Notes under the pieces: generated by a model
Told to the model about the DNA's origin: nothing
What the model saw: the letters and a program-made list of their open reading frames with translations, nothing else
Database searches by the model: none
Shown: piece by piece, positions 37,659 through 47,935 of the stretch
Numbering within the stretch: position 1 is the stretch's first letter
How the letters are laid out: each line of letters begins with the position of its first letter
Source of the DNA: an uncultured virus (IMG/VR IMGVR_UViG_2061766007_002858)
Lineage: Duplodnaviria > Heunggongvirae > Uroviricota > Caudoviricetes
Length of the DNA stretch: 64,000 nucleotides
IMG/VR virus record: IMGVR_UViG_2061766007_002858
Reading direction: 5' to 3' (one strand)
Position numbers and translations under genes: made by a program

Positions 37659-38609
37659 ATGAGAATCCACTACAACGTAACAGGCGCGGAGCGTAAGGCG
37701 CTGGTGAAGGTGATCGCCGATGCCACAGGCGTGAAAGCCGAGTACAGAGGCATGCCCACGGCGGCTTACGGGATCGACTACTTTACCGTCACGAAGGACG
37801 GAACGCTGGAGTTCAGCGACCGTTCCGACAGCGAGGAGGTCGAGGCGGTGCTGGAGGCGCTTGGCGCGGCGGGTTTCGATGGAGTTGGTGAAACGGCCGA
37901 CGAGACGGACGAAGCCCAGGAGGCACCCACAGAGGCGGGTACGGAGCCTCAGGAAGATGAATCCGGCAATGAGACGCTAACTGAAGACGAAACCCGCGAC
38001 GCCGTCGAACTGACGGTCACTCTGCCGATGACGAGGCATACGGGCATGAGCCTGCGCAACCTCATCAACCTGATTTACACCCGCGCGGGGCTGCTCAACA
38101 GGGCGCTGGGCACAACCTTCAGGGTGGACGAAGGGCTGGTCAAAGCCCTGCAGGATGACGCCTGCGTGCTGACCCTCGACCGTTTTTTTGAGACGGTGGA
38201 AGCCTACGAGAACCGCAGCGGCAAGGCTGCAAACGGTCTGGTCATTGAGCCTGACAGGCTGAGCTTCAGCACACTGCCGGAAACTGACGATCCCGCCGTC
38301 CTGCGCGCATTCACGACCCTCTGCGCCATGATGAACAAACAGGCCATTTCCCAGCAGCGCATCCAGGCAAAGGCTGTCGATGCCGACAACGAAAAGTACG
38401 CCATGCGTATCTGGCTCCTGCGCCTGGGCATGAACGGTCAGGAGTACAAAGAGGAGCGCAGGATCCTGATGCAGAACCTTTCCGGACACTGCGCCTTCCG
38501 CACTGAGGATGACAAACTGCGCTGGCAGGCAAAGCAGAACGAGAAGCGCGACGCCCTGAGGGCCGCTAAGCAGATCGTGGAGGTGAGCAGCGATGCGGAT
38601 GCCGAGTAA
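37659..38609 (+). CDS. Conserved prophage protein (often labelled 'virulence-related'), allele 1
   Basis: YNVTGAERKALV, Y.GMPTAAY, NEKYAMRIWLLRLG; AAGGAGG SD. Confidence 0.8.
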   Translation: MRIHYNVTGAERKALVKVIADATGVKAEYRGMPTAAYGIDYFTVTKDGTLEFSDRSDSEEVEAVLEALGAAGFDGVGETADETDEAQEAPTEAGTEPQEDESGNETLTEDETRDAVELTVTLPMTRHTGMSLRNLINLIYTRAGLLNRALGTTFRVDEGLVKALQDDACVLTLDRFFETVEAYENRSGKAANGLVIEPDRLSFSTLPETDDPAVLRAFTTLCAMMNKQAISQQRIQAKAVDADNEKYAMRIWLLRLGMNGQEYKEERRILMQNLSGHCAFRTEDDKLRWQAKQNEKRDALRAAKQIVEVSSDADAE

Positions 38610-38820
38610 GGAAACCGTCGAAGCCCTCCGCAGGGCTTACCCCGCCGGCTGCACGGTGGAGCTGGTGCAGATGGACGATCCGCAGGCGCCGCCGCCCGGC
38701 ACCCTCGGCAAGGTGGTGGCGGTAGATGACATCGCCACGATCCACGTCGCCTGGAGCAACGGCTCCGGTCTGGGCGTCGCCTTCGGGCAGGACAGGTGCA
38801 GGAGGGTTGACGATGACTGA
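38593..38820 (+). CDS. DUF4314 protein
   Basis: YPAGCTVELVQMDDPQAPPPGTLGKV..VDD..TIHVAW. Confidence 0.85.
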   Translation: MRMPSKETVEALRRAYPAGCTVELVQMDDPQAPPPGTLGKVVAVDDIATIHVAWSNGSGLGVAFGQDRCRRVDDD

Positions 38821-39010
38821 GAAGGTGAAGGAGCAGATTCTTGCCATCCGCAATACGGGCCTGACCAATATGTTTGACATCCCCATGGCGCAGCGCCTGG
38901 CCTACGAGCGTGGGTACTATGAGCTGGTCTGCTGGATGGAGGAGCACAGGAAGGAATACGCGCATTTCATAATGACAGGCGAAGCGGATATGGAGGACGG
39001 CAATGGCTAA
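38813..39010 (+). CDS. DUF5049 protein
   Basis: VKEQILAIRNTGLTNMFD...KEYAHFIMTG. Confidence 0.85.
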   Translation: MTEKVKEQILAIRNTGLTNMFDIPMAQRLAYERGYYELVCWMEEHRKEYAHFIMTGEADMEDGNG

Positions 39011-39407
39011 GGTAATCAGAGTGCTGCTGGTGGAGCCCGGCAAACAGCCCAGGCTCGTGACCGTGGAGCATACGCTGGAAAACCTGCAGGCGCTGGTGGG
39101 CGGCTACATCGAGGCCGTCTACCCCTGGGATGACCCGGTCGGCGTCATCTGCGACGAGGATGGAATCGCCAACGGGAAGGAACCTAACCGCCTGCTGGTG
39201 GATGAGGACGGCAATCCCTACGATATTCTCAAGGGAACGTTCTTCATCTGCGGCCTTGGCGAAGAGAACTTCTGCAGCATCAGCGACGAGATGGCTGAGA
39301 AGTACGCTGAGCGTTTCCGCTGGCCGGAGATGTTTGCCCGCACCATGGATGGGCATGTCCTCTGGATGAGGCTGAAACCCGGCGCAAAGCCCGGAATCAT
39401 CTGCTGA
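39003..39407 (+). CDS. DUF3846 protein
   Basis: VLLVEPGK.P, LENLQALVGGYIE, ICDEDG. Confidence 0.8.
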   Translation: MAKVIRVLLVEPGKQPRLVTVEHTLENLQALVGGYIEAVYPWDDPVGVICDEDGIANGKEPNRLLVDEDGNPYDILKGTFFICGLGEENFCSISDEMAEKYAERFRWPEMFARTMDGHVLWMRLKPGAKPGIIC

Positions 39408-39789
39408 AAATGTCCGGGGGTTGTTATCAGAAATGTATCAATATATCTGCCTCACAGGCGTGGACTTTTCTTCGGTTCAGAGTGATATATATACATGCCG
39501 AAGGGCACACAGACCACCGAAAAACAAGGAGGCAGACGCCATGAAGAGAGCCGAGCGCAACGAATTCAACTACATCAGNNNNNNNNNNCCGGCCTCACAG
39601 GCGTGGACTTATGCCCCGGAAGACGGTAATGTACGTACTGCCGAAGGGCAAGGAAACCACCGAAAAACAAGGAGGCAGCCGCCATGAAGAGAGCCGAACG
39701 CAACGAGTACAACTACATCCNNNNNNNNNNGCGTCCTACGCCGCTGTTACAAGTATCTTGAAGAAATACGAAAATGTGGGGTGAGAACC

Positions 39790-40239
39790 ATGTGGAGAAA
39801 AATTATTGAAGCTACGGCTGCCGTCGGTGGAGCTATCGCGTCCTTCTTTTGTGGTTTGCCACCCATCATCTGGATCCTGCTGGCCGTCATGAGCCTGGAT
39901 TACATCACCGGCATCCTCTGTGCGCTCATGGGCAAATCCCCGAAGACTGAGCACGGCGGGCTCTCCAGCAGCCAGGCGTTCAAAGGCCTGCTGCGCAAAT
40001 CCCTGATCCTGTTCGTGGTCCTTCTGGCTGCGCTCATCGACCATGCGGTAGCCATCAGCGCGGAGATTGAATTTGCCGCCGTCGCCGGGGCAACGTGCTT
40101 GTGGTTCATTGCTTCCGAGGGCATGAGCGTCCTGGAAAACGCGGCGGAGATGGGCGTGCCCATTCCCAAACTCATGCTGCAGGCGCTGGAACTGTTCAAA
40201 GGGAAGGGCGGCGATGGGAAGCCGCCTGACGGAAACTGA
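39790..40239 (+). CDS. Phage holin (family 4 type); position set by scaffolding
   Basis: Hydrophobic; LDYITG, LSS..AFKGLLRK, EGMSVLENA..GVPIP. Confidence 0.88.
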   Translation: MWRKIIEATAAVGGAIASFFCGLPPIIWILLAVMSLDYITGILCALMGKSPKTEHGGLSSSQAFKGLLRKSLILFVVLLAALIDHAVAISAEIEFAAVAGATCLWFIASEGMSVLENAAEMGVPIPKLMLQALELFKGKGGDGKPPDGN

Positions 40240-40372
40240 GAAGAATGATTAATACTATTCTCAAAATAAAAGGTTAACAGAATTAGAGAGATGTGATATA
40301 ANNNNNNNNNNTTGGTTGCTGACACCATCACAATCAACAAAACCGACTGGAACACCATCAAGNNNNNNNNNN

Positions 40373-40724
40373 CGGGAGCAATGGGAACGCCAATCGCCTG
40401 GGGTACATTGGGTTCGAGATCTGCGAGGACAACACGGAAAACGAGCCCTATTTCCTGGAAGCGGTGCGCAAAAAGGCTGTGCTGCTGACGGCGCATCTGT
40501 GCCAGATGATGGGCGTAAAGCCGGATCAGGTGGTTCAGGAAACAAAAAGCGGGCCTACCTATGCTGTGATGGATCACGAAAGCCTGCACCGCAAGGGCCT
40601 GGCCAGCAATCACGGGGACATCGGGCTGTGGCTCAGAAAGCACGGCTGTACTTTCCGTGACTTCCGGGCCTGGGTACAGGCCGCCCTGGAAGAGGGCGTG
40701 GAAGTAACCTATGTTGACGCATAG
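40373..40724 (+). CDS. N-acetylmuramoyl-L-alanine amidase, 3' fragment
   Basis: Frame reads GNANRLGYIGFEICED...MDHESLHRKGLASNHGD. Confidence 0.75.
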
Positions 40725-40742
40725 GAAAAGGAGGGAAACGTT

Positions 40743-41039
40743 GTGGATCATCCTGTTTTGCGACGTGGGGACAGCGGTCTCGAAGTGACACGCCTGCAAA
40801 CCCTGTTGTGCTGCTTTGGTCATAAGCTGACGAAGGATGGGGTTTTCGGCGCTGTTACCGAGACGGCGGTGCGAGCGTTCCAAACGGCCACGCATCTCAC
40901 AGTGGATGGCATTGTGGGGCCGAAAACATGGGCAGCGCTGGAAGCGGCTGTAGGGCAGCAGGAAGAAAGCGTCGAAGCCGGGGAAATGCTGGTTGCTGAC
41001 ACCATCACAATCAACAAAACCGACTGGAACACCATCAAG
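40743..41039 (+). CDS. Peptidoglycan-binding domain protein (3' end in gap)
   Basis: LRRGDSGLEVTRLQ, DGVFGAVTETAVRAFQ, VDGIVGPKTW. Confidence 0.85.
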
Positions 41040-41049
41040 NNNNNNNNNN

Positions 41050-41149
41050 TCAAATTCTTCTTGTCTGCGACGGTGCCGCCTGGCATAAATCAAAAACGTT
41101 GAAAGTGCCGGAAAATATCACGCTGCTTGGCATTCCTCCGTACACACCA
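41050..41149 (+). mobile_element. IS630-family transposase fragment
   Basis: CDGAAWHKSKTLKVPENITLLGIPPYTP. Confidence 0.7.
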
Positions 41150-41162
41150 NNNNNNNNNNNNN

Positions 41163-41213
41163 TGGAAACCTATGGGAATTGGCATACAATCTATGTACGC
41201 ATGAACAGATGGA
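41163..41213 (+). mobile_element. IS5-family transposase fragment
   Basis: YGNWHTIYVRMNRW. Confidence 0.55.
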
Positions 41214-41300
41214 NNNNNNNNNNNNNNNNNNNNNNNNNNNNNNNNNNNNNNNNNNNNNNNNNNNNNNNNNNNNNNNNNNNNNNNNNNNNNNNNNNNNNNN

Positions 41301-41550
41301 CCTTGGCCCCGGAACCTGCCTGACCATCCGCACGGACGGCAGCGCCAGCTACAAGAAAGCCCTGCACGACCTTTACACCGGCTGGGGTTTCCACCCCGCC
41401 AGCGTCCGGGTGGACAGGAGCATGTACGACGACAGGGAGCGCATCATTTACATCTACGGGCTGACCTTCGACCTGCGCGGCGAGGAGCATCCCTGGACGG
41501 AGCTTTACACCGAGGAAGAGCGCGGCCGCTTTGAAGCGGCCCTGCGCTGA
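41301..41550 (+). CDS. Accessory cassette protein, 3' part (allele of 51959-52395)
   Basis: HDLYTGWGFHPASVRVDRSMYDD shared with 52208 ff. Confidence 0.7.
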
Positions 41551-41565
41551 AGGGAGGGTGCCCAA

Positions 41566-41844
41566 ATGACCCTCGCTGAACTGAACATCGCCTGCGCGCT
41601 GAACCACATCGAGACCCTGCGCAGGCACGGGGCCCAGGTGCTTGGCCCGGATGGCCGGCGCACGGAGCTGAACAGCTTTTTCTACGACAGCGCGAAGGAC
41701 GAGTGCTGGCTCAACAACTACGAAGCTATCTGCTACGAACTGTTCCTGCCGGGTATCGACGAGCCCCTGCTCATCGCCATCCACAGCGACGGCAGGGTGG
41801 ACACCGGCAGCGCGAAGAACGTAATCATGTGCCTCGACCGCTGA
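41566..41844 (+). CDS. Accessory hypothetical protein (allele of 52411-52689)
   Basis: GGAGG SD; conserved between alleles. Confidence 0.75.
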   Translation: MTLAELNIACALNHIETLRRHGAQVLGPDGRRTELNSFFYDSAKDECWLNNYEAICYELFLPGIDEPLLIAIHSDGRVDTGSAKNVIMCLDR

Positions 41845-41862
41845 CGCGAAACAGGCGGAGAG

Positions 41863-41897
41863 AGGAAAGAGGCTGGGAAACCGGCCTCTTTCCTCTC
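41863..41897 (+). terminator. Hairpin ending the cassette
   Basis: AGGAAAGAGGCTGG-GAAA-CCGGCCTCTTTCCT. Confidence 0.6.
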
Positions 41898-42351
41898 TCC
41901 ACTATGTCCGGAAAGAGTTAACAGTTTTGTAACAATATTTCTGGCACACAGGCGTGGACTTTCTCCCTGAAAGACGGTAATGTACGTAGAGTCTGCTCCG
42001 CAACCACCCCAAATTCACGCAGCAGCGAAGAANNNNNNNNNNCATCCCGTCGTTGGTGACCAATAAGCCTTGATAGGGTAAGCTTTGGGCGTGATTACAT
42101 GATCGTTCAAAAGATAGTTTGGAAGACGGCGAGAATGGCCGTCTCCTTTTTTGTATGGGGGTTATTTGAATATCAAAATCCAACAGGTTATCAATTACCG
42201 CTATTTGCATCTGAAAAGATGTTTCAGTTTTCCCAAAAGCTCTGTTTCACCTCTTGCGCTTTCACATATTGTTTGTAAGCCTCGAACGCTTTCGGTTTGA
42301 TTTTCTCGATTCTTTCATTGGTGGAATGGACATGAATAATACAACAGTCAG

Positions 42352-42395
42352 AAAAAAGGGGGCTGCTGAAGAACCCGAGTATCTTCAACAGCCCC
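42352..42395 (-). terminator. Intrinsic terminator of the secreted-protein gene
   Basis: GGGGCTGTTGAAGA-loop-TCTTCAGCAGCCCC then CTTTTTT. Confidence 0.8.
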
Positions 42396-42408
42396 GTTGG
42401 TTAATTCA

Positions 42409-43227
42409 TTACTTGCTGTAATCCTCAATGTACTGATTAAGGCCAGCGGTCAGCAGGGAGCTCCCGGTTTCCCAAAGGAACCTCAGGTAGGCGTTCTGCT
42501 TAAACTCACCACTGGAGAGGCAGTGCGCGTAAACCTGAGCAAAAGAGCCGACATACTTTCCGTTGCAGAACGGGCATCCATAGACAACTACCTTCTTGAC
42601 CTCGCCGTAAGCCGTACCGCTCGCGTTCTTGACATACGCCCTGTAATACCAGGTGCCTTCACGCATCGTGGCCTTCACGGTGAAAGAACCCTTGCGGGAG
42701 CCGATGGACCCATACGACACCTTGCTGTTCAGCCTCGAAGAGCTGGTTCCGTAGACGATCCCACAGTCAGTGATGTTCGTGCCGCCGTTGGTTTCCACCT
42801 TAAACGTGAACGTGACCGTGGACTTGCTTACGGAGGCGGACTTGGTGGTAGCGGAGCCAGGACCGGCCTTCGTCTTCACAGTGATGGTTTCAGTGCAGAT
42901 CGTCTTACCATTCTTATCCAGAGCAGTTACCTTGATCTGGATCGAACGGGCATAGCCCAGAGACGAACTGCTGATGGTGTAGGACGTGCTCGTAGTCTTC
43001 TTGTTATTCACCAGCACCTGACCGATGGTCGTGTCCTTGACGTAGACCTGATACTTGTTAGCCCCGGAGACGGAAGACCAACTCACCTTAAGATTAGAGT
43101 TGGCACTAACCGTGGTTCCGGAGGTAGAACGCAAGGACAGCTTCGAAGCGGCGCTGGCAGTCAGCGGGGCGGCCATGATACCCAGGAGCATGAACACAAC
43201 GAACAGCAGGGAGAGCATACGCTTCAT
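42409..43227 (-). CDS. Secreted Ser/Thr/Lys-rich protein with FN3-like domains
   Basis: Signal peptide ending ASA; SWSSVSGANKYQV; GTWYYRAYVKN..GTAYGE; CPFC. Confidence 0.8.
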   Translation of the reverse strand: MKRMLSLLFVVFMLLGIMAAPLTASAASKLSLRSTSGTTVSANSNLKVSWSSVSGANKYQVYVKDTTIGQVLVNNKKTTSTSYTISSSSLGYARSIQIKVTALDKNGKTICTETITVKTKAGPGSATTKSASVSKSTVTFTFKVETNGGTNITDCGIVYGTSSSRLNSKVSYGSIGSRKGSFTVKATMREGTWYYRAYVKNASGTAYGEVKKVVVYGCPFCNGKYVGSFAQVYAHCLSSGEFKQNAYLRFLWETGSSLLTAGLNQYIEDYSK

Positions 43228-43356
43228 AATATTATTCCCCTTTCTTATTCAACGGATTGGAACTGGCTGAGTGAGTGGAGTGTAGGATCAGATCACTTAA
43301 TCATGGGTGCGGCGCGAATGAATACCAGCCTGACCATCTCCTTTCCGGTTTTCGTT

Positions 43357-43596
43357 TTAGGCTTCAAGCAAATGAATCAGCTGGAGCGCAGCATTCAAGC
43401 CTGAACGCCGGTCACTGGGCGTGTTCGCCACAGTAACTGTACCACCATAGCCATCAAAGCGAGCGATCTTGACGTGAGGATTCCAGCTGACAACAACGAG
43501 TCCATAGTTGTTTTCGAGAAACCGTGCAAGCGAGGCATTGAAGTGCTTATAGCCATTCATCATGCGCTTTAAACGCTCTTTGTCAACCTTTGACAT
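43357..43596 (-). CDS. Small basic protein, possible HicA-like fold
   Basis: GAGGAGG SD; 'PHVKI..TVTVANTPSDRR'. Confidence 0.55.
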   Translation of the reverse strand: MSKVDKERLKRMMNGYKHFNASLARFLENNYGLVVVSWNPHVKIARFDGYGGTVTVANTPSDRRSGLNAALQLIHLLEA

Positions 43597-43868
43597 CGTG
43601 GAACCTCCTCTCTTCCACTTGGGTTTAAGTAATGATTGTTCTAATAGCCTCCTTCCTTCTTGCAATCCAGAGTAGTTCGTAGTAAAATGTAACCGGTTTT
43701 CAAGGTGTTCGTCCCTCAAGGACGCGCTCATTTTAGCACACAGTTTCGCCGTCATAAGCAAACAGACACAAACATACATTCAAATACATCCGAGGACATC
43801 AAAAGACATAATGCCCAAGGAATTCTTTTGGTAGATTCACCTCAGAAAACGAAAGGCAGTGATATCGC

Positions 43869-46800
43869 ATGACCACAGAAACTGATGATAGGGCGAACAG
43901 GTTTTTGAAGAGGTTTATCGATACGCTTGTGGCTATCTCTACGGGAGGTAGCAGGTTTTCCGAAATCACATATATTCTCGGTAAGTATTATTCCGATATC
44001 AGTATCAGTAGCATAACAAACGAGGATGATTGTAAACGTTTTGTTTGTCAGTTGATCATGGAAAACATAACCAACATGGGCAGAGCCGAGATAGTTTTGG
44101 TTTCTCTGGGCTTGGTGGACGGGTATCTTTATAGTAATTGGAGGAGAGAGGGAAAGAGAATCCGTTTGAACTACGCAAAAAAACTGACGGATTTACCTTT
44201 TGAATCAGCCAAAGATGAAGCCGCTACAGACCAACAGTTCAAGCGGACATGTTCTAAAGCGATTGAAAAGCTTGCTGAAGCAGTCCTCCGACAAATACAA
44301 AGAAAAATGCCTTGCGTTGCCAAATTTGAAGCGACAGGACAACCTTTTGTACCATTGCAGAGAAAGGTATTTGAACACTCTCCGCTTTCAGTGCGAAATT
44401 CGCGCACGTCCAAGAACGCCGTACATGACGACGATACGGAGCATGTCTCTGCCGATATCCCAAGCATGGTTCTACGGCACAGCGACGCGCCGTTGGAAAC
44501 AGAAGAAGAAGTCGAAACGAAATCTGAAGGACGTAAAACGAAAACAAAAGCCGAAGAGAATCGATCGACCTCAATCACCCACGACCAGATGTGGGAGGTT
44601 GGAAAACAATGGTATGATCGTTCCAGACAACCGGGTGGACGTTTTTGCCATCTCGATATTTGTCCCGCACTGATATCAGAAGCATCCGCTGAACCAGAAA
44701 CACGTTTCCCGATTCTGGTAAGTCAGGATGGTGGGCATAATCATCCTCTGGAAGAAATGATCCGGGACACCAAGGGACATCTCTATCTCATCGGCGAAGG
44801 TGGTATTGGTAAAACAACAGCTTTGTTCAGTATCATGGAAAGGGTTTATGATCCGAAAAACGCTGTTCCGCATCCAGAGAGGACACAGGTACCTCTCTTT
44901 ATTGAACTGTCCAAAGCGCCTGACACATACGGACGTCTTTATGAAGGCGGAGCATCCACCTTTGTTCACCGGGCGGTTTACCAGTTGCTCCGCCAGGACA
45001 TCAAAGTCAAGCAAATGGCCAGATCTTCCGTTGAGCAGGTGGAAGAAGTATTCAACCTGGATCCTGAAACAGCAGTAAGGCCAATTCAGGATTTGTTTAC
45101 GCAGCAGGAAAACGCGCCGGAATATCTTTTGCTGCTGGATGGTCTGAATGAAGTCTCCCGCGCCAGAATCGTCCATGAAAAAGAACCCGCAATGGAAGAC
45201 ACGGTCATTGGCATGGTGGTCAGAGAAATCGAGCGCATGATGGATTATCCGAACGTGCGGATCATTCTGACGAGCCGCACCAGGGAAGAAGCGAACAGGG
45301 GCGATGGGATCACAAAACTATATCTGTCCGGCGTCAGCGCCGAAACGGTGGAACAGTACCTGACAGACAAAAAAATGCCAGAAGAGAAAGTGAAACGCAC
45401 CATGGAGAATGAGCGCTTGCTCCAGATTCTGCGTATTCCGCTATTTCTGACCATGTTTTCCTCAATTGAAGGCGATGATCTTCTTCTCACCCGCGGCGAA
45501 ATTCTGAATGCGTTCTTTCACCAGAAAAGAGAAAAACTATATACGCAAAAATCCCGGAATACAGAGGTCAATGAGGACGTGCGGAATTCCGCATACAGTC
45601 AGAATCCGGATCGCCTCACGGCTGATATGCAAAGCTTCATCTTGGATTTCATCCTGCCTGAAATCGCGTGGCGGATGGTACAGGCAGGAGAATTCCATAT
45701 TACCAGGGCGTTTTTAGGCGAACACGAAGATGGGTTAGACACGATTATTGAGAGCGTATTATCTGATGAAAGCAACACTGCTATATGCGGAATGTTTGGC
45801 TGTGAGGTGTTCAAGACATACAGAAGCGCGTCCCGATCCGGGTACAGCACAGCGGACGTAGCCGAAAGAATGAAAGAACATCTTGGCAAACAGATGCGCA
45901 AGGTCATTGCCAGTATTCTGGACAGCGCTGTGATGACCCTGGGGGTTCTGACAAGCGACGGAGTAGAATATGGGTTTATTCACCATCATATCCGGGACTA
46001 TTTTGCTGCGATGTATCAGATCAACCGACTTCGGATGGCTGTATTTCTGCAATCAAAGAAGCGGGGTGATTGGGCCCGGGATTGCCTGACGGATTGGAAA
46101 GCGCATCCTTTACCGTCAGAAGTGCGCCGCTTTATCGGGGAAGCGCTGGGAGAAGCGCATAATCCACCTGTTTGCGATGAGCAGGGGAACTGGCACTACA
46201 ATGTTCCTAACGCGGTCTGTGACCGGAATCTGATCAAACGAGGTTTCGATATTTATCGCAAACGCTTCGATGGACAGGATGGGTATGCTGTGTGGAACCT
46301 GCTTGAAATTATGAAAGAAGTACGCAATGACTTGAGCGGGGAAGACTTTTCAGCTCTGGATCTGACCCTGTGCGAAGCAAACGGCTTTGCGTTGGGCAAA
46401 AAGGGCTTGGCAGTCGTCCTGACAAATGCAAGGCTGGATGATCAATTCTTTATGCCACAAGGACATACGGGAGGCGTCAGATCTGCGGCATACAATCCGG
46501 ACGGCTGCAGGATCGTGACGGCATCCGATGATGGAACTGTAAAGGTGTGGGATGCGGAGACGCTACAGGAGATTGGGACGCTACAGGAGCATACAGATGG
46601 GTTCAACTTTTCTGCGTACAGTCCGGATGGCCGCAGAATCGTGTCAGCATCCGATGATGGAACTGTAAAGGTGTGGGATGCAAAGACGCTGCGGGAGATC
46701 GGGACGCTACAGGGGCATACAGATGGGGTCAACTTTTCTGCGTACAGTCCGGATGGCCGCAGAATCGTGACAGCAACAGACGATGAAACCGCCAAGATAT

Positions 46801-47261
46801 GGGACGCGGAGACGCTACGGGAGATTGGGACNNNNNNNNNNNNNNNNNNNNNNNNNNNNNNNNNNNNNNNNNNNNNNNNNNNNNNNNNNNNNNNNNNNNN
46901 NNNNNNNNNNNNNNNNNNNNNNNNNNNNNNNNNNNNNGGGACGCTGCAGGGACATACAGGTTGGGTATACTCCGCTACATACAGTCCGGACGGACGCAGG
47001 ATCGTAACGGCGTCCAGGGACAAAACCGCCAAGATATGGAACGCGGAGACACTGCGGGAGATCAGGACGCTGCAGGGGCATAAGAAAGATGTCTTCTCCG
47101 CTGTATACAGTCCGGACGGTCGCAGGATCGTAACGGCATCTGCGGATAAATTCGCCAAGATTTGGGACGCGGAGAGGCTGCAGGATGGAATACTTGGAGA
47201 GGGCTTCTTCGCGTCTTACAGTTCGGATGGTCGTAGAATCGTGATGGTATCTGCTGCTGCG
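43869..47261 (+). CDS. NACHT/STAND NTPase with C-terminal WD40 repeats (3' end in gap)
   Basis: LIGEGGIGKTT, LLLLDGLNE, ILTSR, IPLFL, FIHHHIRDYFAA; GH..YSPDGRRIVTAS.D.T.KIWD repeats. Confidence 0.9.
46461..47260 (+). repeat. 126-bp WD40-coding tandem repeats
   Basis: Units start at 46461, 46587 and 46713; nucleotide-level similarity; internal gap. Confidence 0.9.
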
Positions 47262-47271
47262 NNNNNNNNNN

Positions 47272-47522
47272 GGTCAGGGATATAGCGCTCTTGCCAAGGC
47301 CCATCTCTAAGATCAGCATTGCCTCTGCATGGGTTTTCAGAAAATCCACGCAGTAATTCTGGTATTCATGTAAATCGGTTCTTTTCATGGTTTTCCTTTC
47401 TCGTCCATCTCCCGCATGATGCGGTTCAACAGCGCCGGGCCATCCAGATCCGTCAGGGTGGCGAAGTAATCCGAACAGAAGAACTTCGTCAGCTCCCGCA
47501 CCTGATTCTGCGCCACCTTGTC
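47272..47522 (-). other. Stray fragment of another phage: end of a small gene and start (47388) of a SNF2-like helicase
   Basis: MKRTDLHEYQNYCVDFL...LEMGLGKS; gap-bounded. Confidence 0.6.
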
Positions 47523-47935
47523 NNNNNNNNNNNNNNNNNNNNNNNNNNNNNNNNNNNNNNNNNNNNNNGTCCTTCCAGCCCTCATCAGACATTCAGCTCC
47601 CTCCATGTGATCATGCTGATCNNNNNNNNNNTACCAGCTTGGGGCAGATGCCCCCTTGAGCCTTTACGGCCTGGACCAGTTTCTGCTCGATCTGCTTTTC
47701 TCGCATATACTCTCCATGTGTGACGACAGAGACAAGAAATCTCTATACGCGCGAATACGCGNNNNNNNNNNCGAACAGACGAACCGCATCTGCTATATGT
47801 CCGAGCTGGATCCGAAATACGCCTCCGTCATCCTTCGCCGCTATGTGGAGGATTTCGGCAACGCGGACCAGGTATTTGTGGAACGGGATGGCAGGACGCT
47901 GGCATATGCCGACCTTGTGAAAGAGGTGGAAACCC

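Noticed and set aside
46461..47260. Diversity-generating retroelement acting on the WD40 repeats
   Set aside because: No reverse transcriptase or template repeat; differences are not adenine-specific
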